A DNA stretch of 64,000 nucleotides from Octopus bimaculoides (GCF_001194135.2 NC_068981.1:80849473-80913472); one strand, 5' to 3'; shown: positions 10,511 through 25,069, numbered from the stretch's first letter. Notes: generated by a model from the sequence alone, not told the origin. A program made the numbers and translations.

Positions 10511-12974
10511 ATTTTTCTGGTCATGTGCTATAGTAGAAAGGATTATTGTTATTTTTTTCTTCCTTCAGTTTTTTTCCTATTTCTTGCTGAGTCTTATTAT
10601 TACTCCTATTCCAGAAATTATTCAGGAAGATGCTTTGAATTATCGGTGTATAAAAGGGTGTTATATAACAGGAGGAAAAGAGCGCTCCTTCTTTCTGGAA
10701 CTTAAAATACTTCGAACAGTTTCATGATGATGTATGTGTATGTATGTATGTATGAACTTTCATGCTGTATTTTATCGTGTATGACACAAGAATGTTGGGA
10801 AAGAAAAGAGTGGGGCTAGGGGAGAAGTAAGAGAAAGAGAGAGAAAGTGTGTGTGCGTGTGCGTGTGCGTGTGTGCGTGCGTGCGTGCGTGTACAAAAAG
10901 AGAGAGTGGTAGATGGCTTGGAGAAATACGTGTTCTGCATTATATGTTTATATACATATGTGAGTGGTCTGCGTGTACGTATGTGTTCATGTACACGCAC
11001 ACGTATGCGTGTTCTGTGTTGCGTGTGAAAGCGTTTGGAGTAAGTTCTATTTTTATTTTGTGTTCCCTAAAGAGATAAAAACAAAAGTATGCAAAACAAA
11101 AACAAAAAATGCTCCCTAGCCTCCTCCGACTGTCGTTACATATATATTTCATATTAAAAGAATGCCTGTTCCTGACTTGTCCTTATTGTTGTTGTTGTTG
11201 TTGCTGTTGTTGCTCTAAAATTCATAACATTAATAGTTCCAATATGCCTGTATTGTGTTAAACCAGTTGTACATAAATCCCCACATATTTGTGAGAGGAG
11301 GGGATGCCGACGGCGGATACTATAATGCCAAGAAAGAATTTCATATGATGAACGAGTATGATATATTTCTACATAATCTTCACTAGCCGTGTGTTTGTGT
11401 GTGATTGTCTAAGTGTGTTTGTGTGTGACTGTATATGTGAGGCTTCTGTGTTTTTGACTGGATATGCATCTGTGCGTGATTGTGTGTGTATGATGGTGTA
11501 TGTATATGTGATTGTGCATATGAATGTGTGCATGTGTGCTGCTCTTTGTGTGTGTGTGTGTGTGTTTGTTTACATTTATGAATATGTTTACCTGCACTAA
11601 AGTAAAAATAAAAAAATTAAAAACAGCCCCTTCCTCCTGAAACACTATTCTTCAATAAAGCAGTAGAGCCCCCACAAAGCCAGTACGATACCAGCCAGTT
11701 TCCTTGTTTGATCCTTCTAGAAAATGTTTAAATATGCGTATAATCTTTTACACAAACGTGCAAATATACATATTTATGTATGTAGTGTATTTGAATTAAC
11801 ATAGTGAGACGTGCATATCTAAAAAGGTGGATTTGAAAAGTGAATTTCATGCTTTAGGTTCTTATGAAGTAACTTCCTACCACTTGTGGTGTCTTCACAG
11901 CACTTATTTGCTTAAATAAAGAAGTGGCTGAACTATTAAACATCTGTTTCTTACTTCAATTGTTTGACTTCTGCTTGTTAATTTTCGCTAAACTGTTTTT
12001 TACCCCCATTTCCTCCCACCCCTATCTTAGATTACCTCTTCGTAATATGTAGACTGAATCATAATAGATCTGACCCACAAAAAAAAAAATGAATTTGAAT
12101 ATACTACTATGCTACACTTATGGAATTGAAATTAACATACTTACTCAACTTTGCCTACTTTGGTTGAATTATAACCGTTACTACATTTTATACTAAATGA
12201 AACGACTTTAGTCGGTAAAGAACCAAGATTTTATTTAATATTTATTTAATCGGAGCAAAGGTGGTTTCCATTAATTTTGCAGACCTTCCCAGATTGTTGA
12301 TGAGGTCAGTAAGGTTGCTTCATTCTTAAAACTACAAACTTCAGCTGAGAGAGGAAATCCACTTGGGTTCCTTTTCTGCCTATGTTTGAAGTCTTGGGGA
12401 GAATTGACTGCGAAAAACGTTTAATGTGGTTCTGGAATGACAAGAGGTGGAGAAGCTCGTAATTCAAGTTGGTTTGAGAAGAGGTAGTACAATAGTTGCT
12501 AGTTCAGAGGAAAGGAAATTATTGTTAAAGAGGCAGAAAGATAAAACAGTATGCTAATACAATCAAAATGATGACACAATTCCGACGAATACATAATATA
12601 AATTCCTCATTTCAGAAATAGAGAATTGTATTATCCAATCGGTACGGAGCCGACATAAGACATCAACTGGAGTTTATCAGCCTTAAAAATTCACTCTCAC
12701 ATTGCTTAAGAGCATAGCGTAGTGAATAAAGGCGTTGAAATGCAGCGCTGTAAATCAGTGGTTCAGAGTTCAATCTCAGGTACGGCACTAAGGTGAGTCA
12801 CAAGACACCTGAATGAAAGCTGGAACGTACATCATTCGAAATGTAGTGAAAACATCATGATGAGGACACAATCCGACTAACATATAAAGCAGTATGCATT
12901 TAAAATTGGTGGTTTCAATGTTTTGGTTAGTACATATTTCTCAATACATCGTATAGCTGTTTTTTAAGTGACGG

Positions 12975-13476
12975 TTGTTTGTACTTTATTTATTGTCCCC
13001 AGAGCGATGAAGGGAAAAGTTGATCTTGATGTGATTTGAATTCACAACCTAAAGAACCGGAACAAATAAGAGAAGTTATTTGGTCCAACTCTCTAATGAT
13101 TTTGTCAATCAACCACCCTCTAATTTCTAATGTAGGTACAAAGCTAGAAATTTACTAAGGGGTTGTTAGTCGATTATAGTACTTCACTGGTACTATAGTT
13201 TATCGGCCGCAGACTGGAATTTGAACTTAAAACGTTAAGGGACAAATAGATACCGTTAAAGATTTCACCCATCGTGCTGCCGATCCGATACCTCAGTATT
13301 GAACATAAATTATTGGTTTCAAATTTTGGCACAAGGTCAACAATTTCCTGGGAGAAGATAAATTGATTACATCAACCTCAGTGCTCAACTGGTGCTTATT
13401 TAATCAACCCGAAAGGCAAATTCGAATAATAATAAGACACTCGGCAAGAAATGGGGAGAAAAAAATGAAGAAAAAA

Positions 13477-13512
<36 letters not shown>

Positions 13513-13803
13513 NNNNNNNNNNNNNNNNNNNNNNNNNNNNNNNNNNNNNNNNNNGGTGGTCTTCTTCTTCTTCTTTTTTTCTTTTTCTTCTTATTTCTGC
13601 ACAAGGTCTTGAAAATGTTTTAGGGAAGCAGGCCAGTCGATTACATCGACCTCACTGTTCAGCTGGTACTTATTTGATCCACCCCGAAAGGGTAAAAGGC
13701 AATGTCGACCTCGGTGGAATTTGTATTCGGAACGTAAAGACGGACGAAATGCTGCTAAGCATTTTGCCCAACGAGCTACCGATTCTTTCAGCTCGCCGCC
13801 TTC
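12975..13803 (-). mobile_element. Cluster of four head-to-tail SINE A copies of different ages, interrupted by (TAG)n and a gap
   Basis: Copies at ~12975-13120, 13125-13290, 13310-13425 and 13590-13803; the last is well preserved (gtcgacctcggtggaatttg..cagctcgccgcctt). Confidence 0.75.
13477..13512. repeat. (TAG)n microsatellite running into gap 13513-13554
   Basis: Direct reading. Confidence 0.95.
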
Positions 13804-13924
13804 CTATTAAATATAAAATATTGATATCATCAAAAGCAATCTACATTAAAATTTGCAAATATGGCTTCGATGATACTAACAGGCAATATTTTGTGATGCT
13901 GCACGGCAACAAAAAACCAACATG

Positions 13925-14105
13925 GGAACCACCACGTAATGGCGTGGTCTGCTAGAAATAGCAGCCAGATCTTTCTAGATTTAAGAAAAGAAGGATATAT
14001 GTTAAAGTATCCTAACATAAACCATCTGAAAAGACGTGTGGGTCATGGCTAGAACGCCTCTGAAAATATATCGGCTCTGTTGGGACTGGCATGGGACTGA
14101 AACAA
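13925..14105 (-). repeat. Family D repeat copy
   Basis: ctgctagaaatagcagccagatct and gggtcatggctagaacgcctctga are reverse complements of the family D motifs. Confidence 0.65.
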
Positions 14106-14254
14106 ACCCAGAAACAACGGCAAAAGCTAAGATGGCGTCAGATATGAAACAAAGCCATTACACATAACAAACAACAACAAAATTACTATCACGGATTAGC
14201 CGGATCTTCACCTTGATTGACAGATATAAACTTGGATTTGAACATGCCGATTCA

Positions 14255-14450
14255 GTTGTATTTTTGTTGTAGCTGTTATTATTTAGACGCAAGTTTTCTC
14301 TGGTTTAAGCATGTGATCAAAAGATTCTTGCCGTGACCATTCCGTTTTCTTTTTCTTTTTTTTCTTTCTATCTCTGAGCTGTGAGAGATACGGATATTAT
14401 TTCGAGCAGTTCGGTTGACCACATATAAGCTTTCTCCTTAGTACTTTTAG
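14255..14450 (+). repeat. Family D repeat copy, degenerate
   Basis: gatcaaaagattcttgccgtgaccattcc..gagcagttcggttgaccacatataagct. Confidence 0.55.
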
Positions 14451-15479
14451 TATTAGTTCTTTTGATAACCTGTCTTCCAAAATGACGACATAACATATTT
14501 CATAATATTTGTTCAAACCATCTGCTTCTCTGTTAATCTTTCAAAGTATGGACGCGTTTGAATTTACATATGTCATGTTTGTTTGGTTTTTTGTTTTTGT
14601 ATTTTTGTATGTGTGCGTATGTTTTAGGGTGATGCGTTTGCTTGAATTCCACTTTTCAACTTATCAAACATAAGGGAGAGTAGTTTTAAAAATTATATAA
14701 TTGAGGTATCTTCACTTATATATATTTCTTCTTTATACTATTAAATAATAAACTGATAATACAGCTGTTGGTACATTAATAAACACAAACTTTTAGAGGA
14801 ATCTGTGCATATGTATGTGTGTGTGTTAAGACAGGAAGAGAGAGAGAGAGAGAAAATGTGTTTGTTTGTGCGTGTGTGTGTGTGTGTGTGTGGAAGGAGA
14901 GAAAGAAATTGTGTGTGTGCGTGCGTGTGTATTTACAATATATGATGTCACAAACATACGTACATACGTACATACGCAAACGCACACATACAAATGTATG
15001 TGTCATATAAGTGTGTATGTATAAGCGTCTACGTTGGGTACGTGAGTATGATAATGCATAAAAACAAGTATTTATATTTGTAAATATCTATACGGATAGG
15101 TATAAATGTTTATATAATAGAAAGAAAATTTCTGAAGAGGGTAATTAAAAGCAGATGGTATCAAACGTTGATGAAACAAAAAAAAAAAATTATGATAGTT
15201 TTGTCCCGTCATATTTTTTATATAGTAATGAAGTATTGTTAGAAATATAGTTTAGTGTACTTAACAAGTGAAGCCTCGCAGCAGATATTTATCTTGGCGG
15301 TTTTTTGATTGCATAGAATTCTACGTCGCGTCTTCACACATCTACATACATATTGTACTTATATAGCTGTAAAAGCGCATAAACAGAGATGTATATGCCC
15401 ATTCAAGTACACACATAGCAAAGAAAGAATGGAGCTGACTCATCAGTATAAGAAATGTGCATACTCATATATGTGTGTA

Positions 15480-15515
<36 letters not shown>

Positions 15516-15982
15516 NNNNNNNNNNNNNNNNNNNNNNNNNNNNNNNNNNNNNNNNNNNNNNNNNNNNNNNNNNNNNNNNNNNNNNNNNNNNNNNNNNNNN
15601 NNNNNNNNNNNNNNNCGTAGCAAGAAACAGGCTCATCCTTCTCACAGGCCTCAATGAAAATGTAACCTGAAATAAATTTGTTTCTTTCATTAATGTTTTC
15701 ACCCAGTAGAGTTAAGTGGGTCGCCATAAACTGGTGTCATAAATAGTGGGACGCGTCTCTAAAAAATTTGGGAACCACTGTATTATACTATACATTGATA
15801 TTGAGTGATTGTCCTTCTAGGGATTTTCATTCTGGCAAGGTAATATTTATCTAAGAATTAGTTTATGGAGGATATGCTGTTTGTATGTATGTATGTATGT
15901 ATGTATGTATGTACGTACGTATTTATGCATGTATTTTTCTCATCCAGTTTTTATACGCTATTATAACTTAATCTACTCCGAG

Positions 15983-16021
<39 letters not shown>

Positions 16022-19000
16022 CCAGTATTGAAAATTAAATTGCTTTCAGCCTTATATAATATAATGTTTTCGAATCTTGGATTAAATTTCTTGGATTAGT
16101 TTTCTTCTGCAAAGTTTTAATTTTCGTTTAATGGATTATGATAATTAAATGTTACAGTAATTAACTTAAGGTCGACATCCAATAATCTTATCACATATTC
16201 TAAACAAAATCATATGACGCACATATATTCAGAAATAGTGGGTTCCTATTGCAGATATAAGAAATGTAAATGTGTGGAGCAACGAAAAAACTGTATACAT
16301 GACGCTTATAGTTTATAGTACCGAGAATAAATCCCTTCTCACAAGACATAGAATTGAATAAAAGTGACGCGTTTGTGCTATTTTATCTTTGCCTCAGTCT
16401 GTCGATATCGTAACAGTCTCCATTTAAAGTGTCTTTTTATAGCAGTGTTGCAATCTTGAAGTCTGATCCAACAAAAACAGTATGGTCAGTTGTTAAATAC
16501 TGTGTGGTCAAGTTGTATTTCATTTTTATTTTCTTTCTCTAGTTCATTTACAGTTCTTTAGAAATTGTTAAATGCTGTTTCTTGGTGGCTTAGTCTCAGA
16601 TTATTTTAATCTTGAATCAACAGACTAAAAATGACGTTGATCTGTCCCTGTCCACTGTGAGAACGATACTTTCTGTATAAGCATATAGAATATGTCCAAC
16701 TGAAAGTGTCTTGGATGTTGTAGGAAAACAGAAACCGTCTTCATAGTTTTCGTTGATTTCCCACCATCTATTAGATTATGCAAGTATGCTGAATGACTGC
16801 AGCTGAAAATATCTTTTTACGTCTTCCAGTAAAGAATTAATAGAGATAATCCTATTCTTAGTAAAACTTGCGAAGAAAACAGATTAGATTTAAATCTATG
16901 AAAATGGAGACATATTTCTTTAATATTTTCCTTGTGGCAATCTAAAAGTCCTATGCGATGTGAAGCAGAGTGTTCAGTTTTACGTGAGAGAATCAGATAA
17001 ACATCAATGTAAAGTTAAGTGAATAGACTTTAACTGAAATTGTTTTGAAGCATTAGGACTGAGAACAACTAGTTGTTGATCAGAATTTTGTTCTTGCTTG
17101 TTTCTATACGTTTTTGTGATATGATTTTAGTTTCTTTTAATTACTAGATTGTTATGTATTTAATTACTAGATTGTTATTACATAATTGTTATGTATAATT
17201 GCTAACTCTTCTCTTTAAAAGTATATGCGCCAGTTAAACAAAAGACGAACTGCTGGCAAGCAAAACGTTAGTTTTGACATTTGGTTTTGAACAAGTTAGT
17301 TTTGACATTTGTTTGCAGCTATCTCTTTCATTTAACGTATTTGAAAATATAAAATATGAACATCAAACCATAATATACCATCCACCCTTTAAATCCGAGC
17401 TAGTGTGTCAATCCTGAAATCGTTATTATTTGTTCTGTGTTGAATTCACACAACTACAGGTAGACTACATACATTTTCCCCCTTAAGGTTGAATAGTAGT
17501 TAGAATATAAGGCAAGTTCATAGTTAGGGCAAATTACTTAACTTTGCTGACACAAACAAGAGGTACCAAGAGGCAGATACTTATACGAGATTTTTATCAA
17601 AGCTGCATTGAACAACCAAACTTTGAACATTTTTTCTATATGAAGCCTTTTTTTTTCTTCGCTTTCCACAGTTTATTTTATAATACGAGATTCAAGTGGC
17701 TGGAGGGAAAGTGTCCATGATTAAACTGGGATAGCTTAACAAACTGATGAACATTCGGACGAGATATAGATTTTAGTTTTAAATGTTGCTGCAGTTCTGG
17801 CTTGACTATTCTTTTCTTGCAAACTCACCAAAACTCAGTATCATAAACACGCGGAAGTAATATAAGCATATACGTTATCCATTCCCATAGGCACAAATAA
17901 ATTAATGTAACTGAAAAACGTGTTGTAAATAATATATTCAAACATATATACGTGCATACATTCCTCGTCGCTCTATAGTAAATGATTTACACACATGCAC
18001 ATTGATATTGATATATGTGAGTGTGTGTATACAACTGCGATATACATAAAGGCACAGTATAGTAAATGATGTAACGCATATTCATATGGATATATATACA
18101 TACATGTTCTACAACACACTGTACAAGCATATACATAACCATGCATGAACACACAATTCTTTATTCAATATATTCCCACATTGTCATTCGGATGTAAGTA
18201 AATATATTGACATAACCAACCCAGCGGCCTCTATTCACACATCCACATTCATGAACCCATATTTCTATGAAAAATTCATGTCAAATGGTAAATAAACTTC
18301 AAATATAAAAATTTGTAACAGAAAAATAAGCATTTCTGAAGATATCTGGTTTCAAGTCATTAAGGACAGAGATTCTAGTATAAACAAAATAGCGAGGGGA
18401 AAAGTACCGGTACATTTGTTATAAAGAAAAGAAGCATTGTGTTTAGTATAGGGTAATGTCAGAAATACTGTGGGGAATCGTACAGATGTGGGGGTTTTTT
18501 ACGACATTAATATGCCTTTTGGTTTCATAATTTAATTTATATTATACCTAAATATTTATTCATTCATGCACACATTCTTATACAAACATCCTCACACAAT
18601 TCTTGTTCACACATACACGTATGACTATATCAATGTTTGTATCTATATTTATATGGGTATATACACATATGTATGGATGCACAAATGGGAGAATAGTTTT
18701 CAGTACATATAATATAGTTTATATGGTCGGTTGACACTGATGATACACTCCGGTGCTACTTTGACGTGAAACCAATGTTAGCCTTAATCCATAAATAAAG
18801 AATTATTATCCACCAATGCAGTGTTGAGCACTCATTCTCATTCTTCGATATTAATTAACGTAGCTCATTATTGAATTTTCTAAGACTTTGGTTCAAAATA
18901 ATTTGTTGTATGTTAACAACTATGAAACAGGACGCCATATATGAGTGACCTTGTAGAGGACTTCTCGATCGATGAACATGGTAGTTGTCACGTTGTCATG

Positions 19001-20504
19001 ATGATCTAACAAGGGATACTCTATGCGGTCGCTCGTATATATATATATATATATCTGCTCAAGGTGATATTCATTACAGAGATGTCTAGAAAGCACTTTG
19101 ATGCATTAAGTTCTATAAGATAGGGTCTCGTGTTTAAGTATATACCGGTTTGGTTCAAATCATTAAAAATAAACGAAAAGCTAGAACCTCGGTGAGATTT
19201 AAAAAGGAAACTTGAATCACTAGATCAGGTAACTATTCTATTTATAAATTCAACTAAAAAAACCCAGCAAATATCAGAATATCAAATATTAATTGCTTGT
19301 AAATACAGAGCAAATTAATTTGAATGAAAGTCAGCCCTCTTAGAAATATTTTTTTTAAATGGTGTCCCATTTCAAAGTTGTTATGGTTTTTCGAATTTAT
19401 TTGTTAGAATCCTTAATACTTATTCATATTTAAAGTCACACATATACAGAAAATTTGATCAAAGTTGTTACGTATCGCTCATCTTTCATGAAGATCAATA
19501 GCTGATTGATTCAATTTTCCGGAAATTTATCTCCTTCTGTACGATATTCATCGAAGCAAGTGAATGAATTATTATTAGACAATTTAGTTTTCAGACGGAT
19601 TTATAATGAAACAAGTCAATTTATTTGAGTTGTAAATTTTATTTTATTAACAATATCATGTCTTACCCTTTACGTTATGCCCTTCTATTTTAATCACTGT
19701 ATCCAATCAGTCTGCCTTAGACGATATCAACTCACATATTCTTTGCAAAATGTTACATTATTTTTTTTTACCATATATTCAGAACGGGAAGGGCAACCTC
19801 CATGGCCCTTTATTTTTCCAGGTACTCCGAAATTAGTGAGAGAAAGAGAGGATTTTATTGTCAAATTGGAGTCTTAGTCCAAATGTTTGCAACTGATATA
19901 ATTTTTGCCAAAAGCACCCAATGACGAGGAGGCCATGTTAAGACGGACGACGATTAAATGCACCACACAAGAACAATACCTTTAAACATCTCGTCTAACG
20001 CTCTAATAATTTTGCAAAATAACGTTTTTCAATGGCACTTTATTTCATCAACTCTGAAAGAATAAAAAGCAGAGGTGACCTTTGTGTATTTGAACTCGGG
20101 ACATAAAGAACTGAAACAAAGGCAATCCATCTTGCATTGTAACAACTTTGTTAATTCGCTGCCTACATTCTGAAATAGACACACTTTATTTCTTCCTTTT
20201 AAAGCTCCAAAGTAATCTTAATGCTAAAGCGGGCCCACGGTAGGAGACATACTGAATCTTAAAACGTAGTTCCAAAATTGCTTCGATAGTTATATGAAGA
20301 AGATGTGGGAGTTAATACATAACTCATTTTATATTCTTGATGCTTCCAGACAAAAGACCTCACACTTTTTGTTACGATTGCTGCGTTACTTGCGTTCTCT
20401 GTACTGCAGCCAACTTTACTGTCATCAAAGTGGAGTCGATAACCACCAAGTATGGAGGTCGTATTCATCGGTGGCATTTTCTCACTTCATTTTTATCCTT
20501 GGTC

Positions 20505-20722
20505 TAATATTGGTTTCAAATTTTGGCAACAGGCCAACAATTTTGAGTGGTGAGGTAAGTCGTTTACTTCGAACCCAGTCCTCAGCTACTTGTTTTATCG
20601 ACTCCGAAAGGATGAAAGGCAAAAATTGACTCGGCTGTATTTGAACTCAGAACGCGAAGACGGACGAAATGTCGCTAAGCATTTCACCCGACGTGCTAAC
20701 GGTTCTGCCAGGTCGCCGCCTT
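20505..20722 (-). mobile_element. Full-length SINE A
   Basis: Reverse complement runs from aaggcggcgacctggcagaaccgttagcacg through gttcaaatac (B-box) to ccaaaatttgaaaccaatatta. Confidence 0.9.
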
Positions 20723-20744
20723 AAACTTTGATCTAATCTTAAAG

Positions 20745-20962
20745 ATCAGCGAACCAGCAGAATCGTTAGCACGTCGGGCAAGATGCTTAACGGCATTTCG
20801 TCCGCCTTCATGTTCTGAGTTCAAATTCCACTGAGGTCGACTTTGTCTTTCATCCTTTCGAGGTCGATAAAATAAGTACCAGTTAAACACTGGGGATCGA
20901 TGTAATCGACTTACCCCATCCCTGAAATTGCTGGCTTTGCGCAAAATTGTGAAATCAATATT
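20745..20962 (+). mobile_element. Full-length SINE A
   Basis: gcagaatcgttagcacgtcgggc A-box region, gagttcaaattcc B-box, ctttcatcctttcgaggtcgataaaataagtaccag core, aaattgctggc..gaaatcaatatta tail. Confidence 0.9.
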
Positions 20963-23344
20963 AGAGGGCAGTAATACAAAAATACAGGGAAAGAAGTAAT
21001 ATGTCTACGCACGTGTGTTTGAATATAGATACCATATAGATTGCCACTTACCAAAATAACCGTGTGTTTCTTTCATCTCCCAGCAGTTACTTAATTAACG
21101 ATATGATAAAAAGCTGAGTTTTATTTATACGACGCAAGCATTAAACTACATCTTTTGCTGTGTCTTTAATTTGTATCTGACGCATGACCTCATAATATGT
21201 TGATACGATAGCCTTCTGGTATAATTTCATTCAAATTTAGAAAGTTTTATAGGAATAATAATCTCAGTACTACTATAAAAGTGAATCACTGTTATCTAAT
21301 TTGTTTCAAATTGTTTTTCTATTCTTTTCAGTTCTCATTAAATTATAACCACGGCAGGCATCAACTTTCAAAGGTGGGTTTTTTCTTTTTTTTTTTTTTN
21401 NNNNNNNNNTTTTTTTTTTTTTTTTTTTTGTTATTCATTTTGTCAAATGATAAGTTGATTGTATTTCCTCAGTTCTTCTAAACACACTATTCTAATTTTT
21501 GTTTAGAAAATTGTTAGCGGCGCGCCAATTTTTTCTTCTTTAATTGCATGTCCTTACATAAAAACAAAAGATAAAACGCAACATTTCTTTTGTGTCATAT
21601 GTATAGACATAGTATCTAAATATAACTTCAGGTTAGCTTCTGCCATGGGTTTGGAATCAAGCACAACCACTTCTCTCATAAAAAGAAACTGAGCATCGCA
21701 TACTTATAGAAAAAAGAAGTCAATATATATTTTCACTTATCAGTATTGTTGCTGTTGACATAACAAATAATGTCTTACAACATTTGTACAGTGACCCTCA
21801 TTTTGCTCGAGAATTTAATCGGTTCTAAACAATTTCTTTTTCCTTAATGTTCTTCCGATTCAGTCACCCCCCCCCCAGTCTTAATGGGCAAGTTAATAAA
21901 CATTTATCATATAAAGCGTAGATTGAAGTCGATCAGGACGTAAGTAATATTCAATGATAAAACAAGTACATAAACGAGACAACGAAGGAGGCTTTATGTG
22001 TTAGTCTTAGACACACTATAGGCTGCTTGAAACAAATATTTGAAAAATGATGTCGCATGAAACAGCATTGAATAAAATATATTCGTGTAAAGTTGTATTT
22101 AACATGTGTGAAAAGATCTGCTGCAGAAATAGAAACAAATCTTTACGTATTTGTTTTGATAAGAATAATCTCGTTCTTATCGGGTTGTTCATGACAGAAT
22201 TGATGTTCGTAGTTAAAAAAAAAAAAAAATTTTTAAAGGCGCAGAAACACATGTGTCCTACGATCCAATGACGCTATTCACAGGTCAAAATGTGTCTTCA
22301 CACATATTAAGGGAAGAATTGAATTTTTCCCCGCAGTGAGCAAAACTATCTCTGTCGCGGAATGTCTTTTTTCGTCTGAATGCAGTCGAATGTGTTATAT
22401 CCGGCTTGACGCGAAAGATTAAACGGTTGTCTGATCTGGAACGTCATTGCCGTATGTATACTCAGTTAGAGCTTACTTGGAGCAAAAAAGCTAATACATG
22501 AAGTTGGATATGATATCGAACAATGACAGAAACGATAGAGTATTGAGCTAAATATCTTAATATTTTATTTAATTCTCCCCTTCTGCAGAAGTCGACTTTG
22601 GCTTTTGTCTTTCATCATTCCCGAGTTTAATAAAACACTGTAGTCGATTCAGTTCATTGAAACTTCTACAATACAGTGTTGTAAACTTGTCCCAAATGTA
22701 ATGAAATACTAATTATCGACTTCTACTCTTGGTATTACTATATGGACACATTTTCTAAATAACTAGAATAAGCAAGTGTAACAATATGAACTCCGTTTCG
22801 TCTATGATACTGTTATGACATCTGCTGGAAGTAACTCATCGCAAACTTCTATTATCTCAGAAATTTGTCCATTAAGACAGAAATGTTCTCCACCCGCCAC
22901 TAAGTAATAAAAACAACAATAGCAGCAATAGCAACCGCATGATACTTTGGAAGGGTTACAAGATATGATATCGAAGAGAAAGAATTTGATCCAAATTTAT
23001 GGCGATTATTTTAACAGGCTTTTCGCAAACACACTCCGTCGTTGCGTTTCAAAACTCACTATGATCATCAACAATATGAGAAATAGCTTAACTATTAACT
23101 TTATGATATTAATGGTAATCCCACATGTAGAAATTTGGGTCTGCTCCTATGAAGCTGTTACACAAGATAAAACTGCTTAGCTGAATAAAGAGTAAAAGTA
23201 AAAAAGCCATCCAGCAAACCAAATATGTGGCTTGATTCTATCTGTTTCTTTTATCCTGTTTTTTTTTTATGTCTTCTGACATTGTATTGTCTCACATTTT
23301 TTCTCTCTTTAATTGTAAGTTGTTGACAGACATACACAAGAGCA

Positions 23345-23409
<65 letters not shown>

Positions 23410-24092
23410 CACACACACATACATACACACATGCATACACACAAACAAAAAACACTTTCTCCCATCTCAAAAACAGTGCTAAGAAACACTTAGTCATGCA
23501 GATCTTAATGTAGATTTTATATATATACATTATATGTATGCATACATTCATTTATATGGATGCACACTCAATCACACGCACACACAAATGCACAAATACA
23601 CACGCACAAATACACAAATATATGTGTATGCGTGTGTATTGTCTTCCGTTAAAATTACCTTCACCAATGTTTTAAAGGCAATAAAAGTATGCTTGACAAA
23701 AAGAATAATCTAAAAACCGTTATTATATAAATGGAGCTAATAAGCTAGAAGAAGGGTGTACAACTAGTAAGAAAAACTGGGTGATAGGGGAACCACTGAC
23801 ATATTTCTGAGGAGGAAAAGAGGACATTCAATGACAGACTTCTGTTCTTTACTTATCATGCAATTTATTTATTTTTCTTTGTCTTTTTTTCTTTTTTTTT
23901 TTTTAACTGACTAGACAAAAAGTTCTCTAAATTTTGAAGTCGGAGACAAATGGTGTGACATTCATGATTTTCACTGGGGAATGAGTGACGTAATTCTAAT
24001 GTTTGTTTGCATTTCGCAGCTCTATGAAAGAAAAAGATGAAAAGGGCTTTGGGATTTGATTTTAAAGTAAACATTTTTGTTTATTTACTTAG

Positions 24093-24561
24093 TTATTCTT
24101 TTTCCTTTTTGCTTATTTCACTCATTGGACTACGGCTATGCTGTGGCACTGACTTCAAGGCTTTAGTCGAACAAATCACCCAGTATTTTTTAATAAATCT
24201 GGTACTTACTTTATCTGAGGTTTTTTTTTTGTTTGTTTTTTTTCTTTTTTATTTGCCGAACCGATAGCTTACGAGGACATATATAAACCAGCACCAGATG
24301 TCAAGTAATAGTGGGGGAAAACACAGACACACGCACACGCACGCACACACACACACACATACATACATACATACATACATGCATACATATATTTGTGTGT
24401 ACGTTTGTGTATAAGAATGGCTTCCACATTGTTCCAAATTCACTCACAAGGCACTGGTTGGTCCAAGGTTATAGTAGAAGACACTTGCCGCACAGTGGGA
24501 CTGAACCCGAAACCACGTCGTTACAAAGCGAGTTTCTTAACCACACAGCCATGCATGCGCC
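24093..24561 (-). mobile_element. Full-length SINE family B (tRNA head, CORE-like block, internal microsatellite, 3' tail)
   Basis: Minus strand ggcgcatgcatggctgtgtggttaag..gggttcagtcccactg..ggcaagtgtcttctactataacc; internal (GT)/(ATGT) tract; cttgaca..ggtttatat..cctcgtaagcta..ggttcggcaaa tail. Confidence 0.85.
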
Positions 24562-25069
24562 AATAAACTTTTTATTTATTTAGTTAATTCATATTTTAAA
24601 TTGGTAAATCTTTGGGTCGTATGAGTTTCTCAAGAGACTTAATCTAATATCGTAGCAGAGCAAAGATAATCATTAACACATATTTAAGGGGACATATACA
24701 AACCAACAGTGCTTGTCAAGTTGTAGTGGGGGACTAACACACACACGCACACACACACACGCACGCACACGCACACGCACGCGCGCGCGCATGCATACAT
24801 ATATACATACATTTAAATGCTATCAAAACAGCCAAACTAATGGTTCCGTCAATCCGAAGGGGCCAGAGATTGTTACATAATCCACTACAGTTAAGACAAA
24901 TAATTGATATTAACATAAAGTCCGATAAGGATGTCGTCTCTCTATATATATAGTAACTAAATGTACAAATATAATAAATTAAATATAATTACCCAGTCTG
25001 AACTGCTCAAATGAAATATCTTAGAACTTAATTATATGAAAAGTAAAATATTCTCATTCATTGGATATA

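Noticed and set aside
10178-10705. 175-aa plus-strand ORF
   Set aside because: Antisense to the Dong RT, then runs through (ATT)n and a SINE; no coherent protein.
20259-20629. Overlapping 72-aa and 111-aa ORFs
   Set aside because: No recognisable domain; the longer one runs into a SINE A.
21044-21080. Possible minus-strand first exon ending ATG AAA GAA ACA CAC GGT TAT TTT G|GTAAGT
   Set aside because: A good donor site alone is common by chance; no recognisable protein or partner exon.
22790-22850. Minus-strand GCGAUGA..GAC-GAAAC-GGAGU as a hammerhead
   Set aside because: Two mismatches in the core and no convincing stems I and II.
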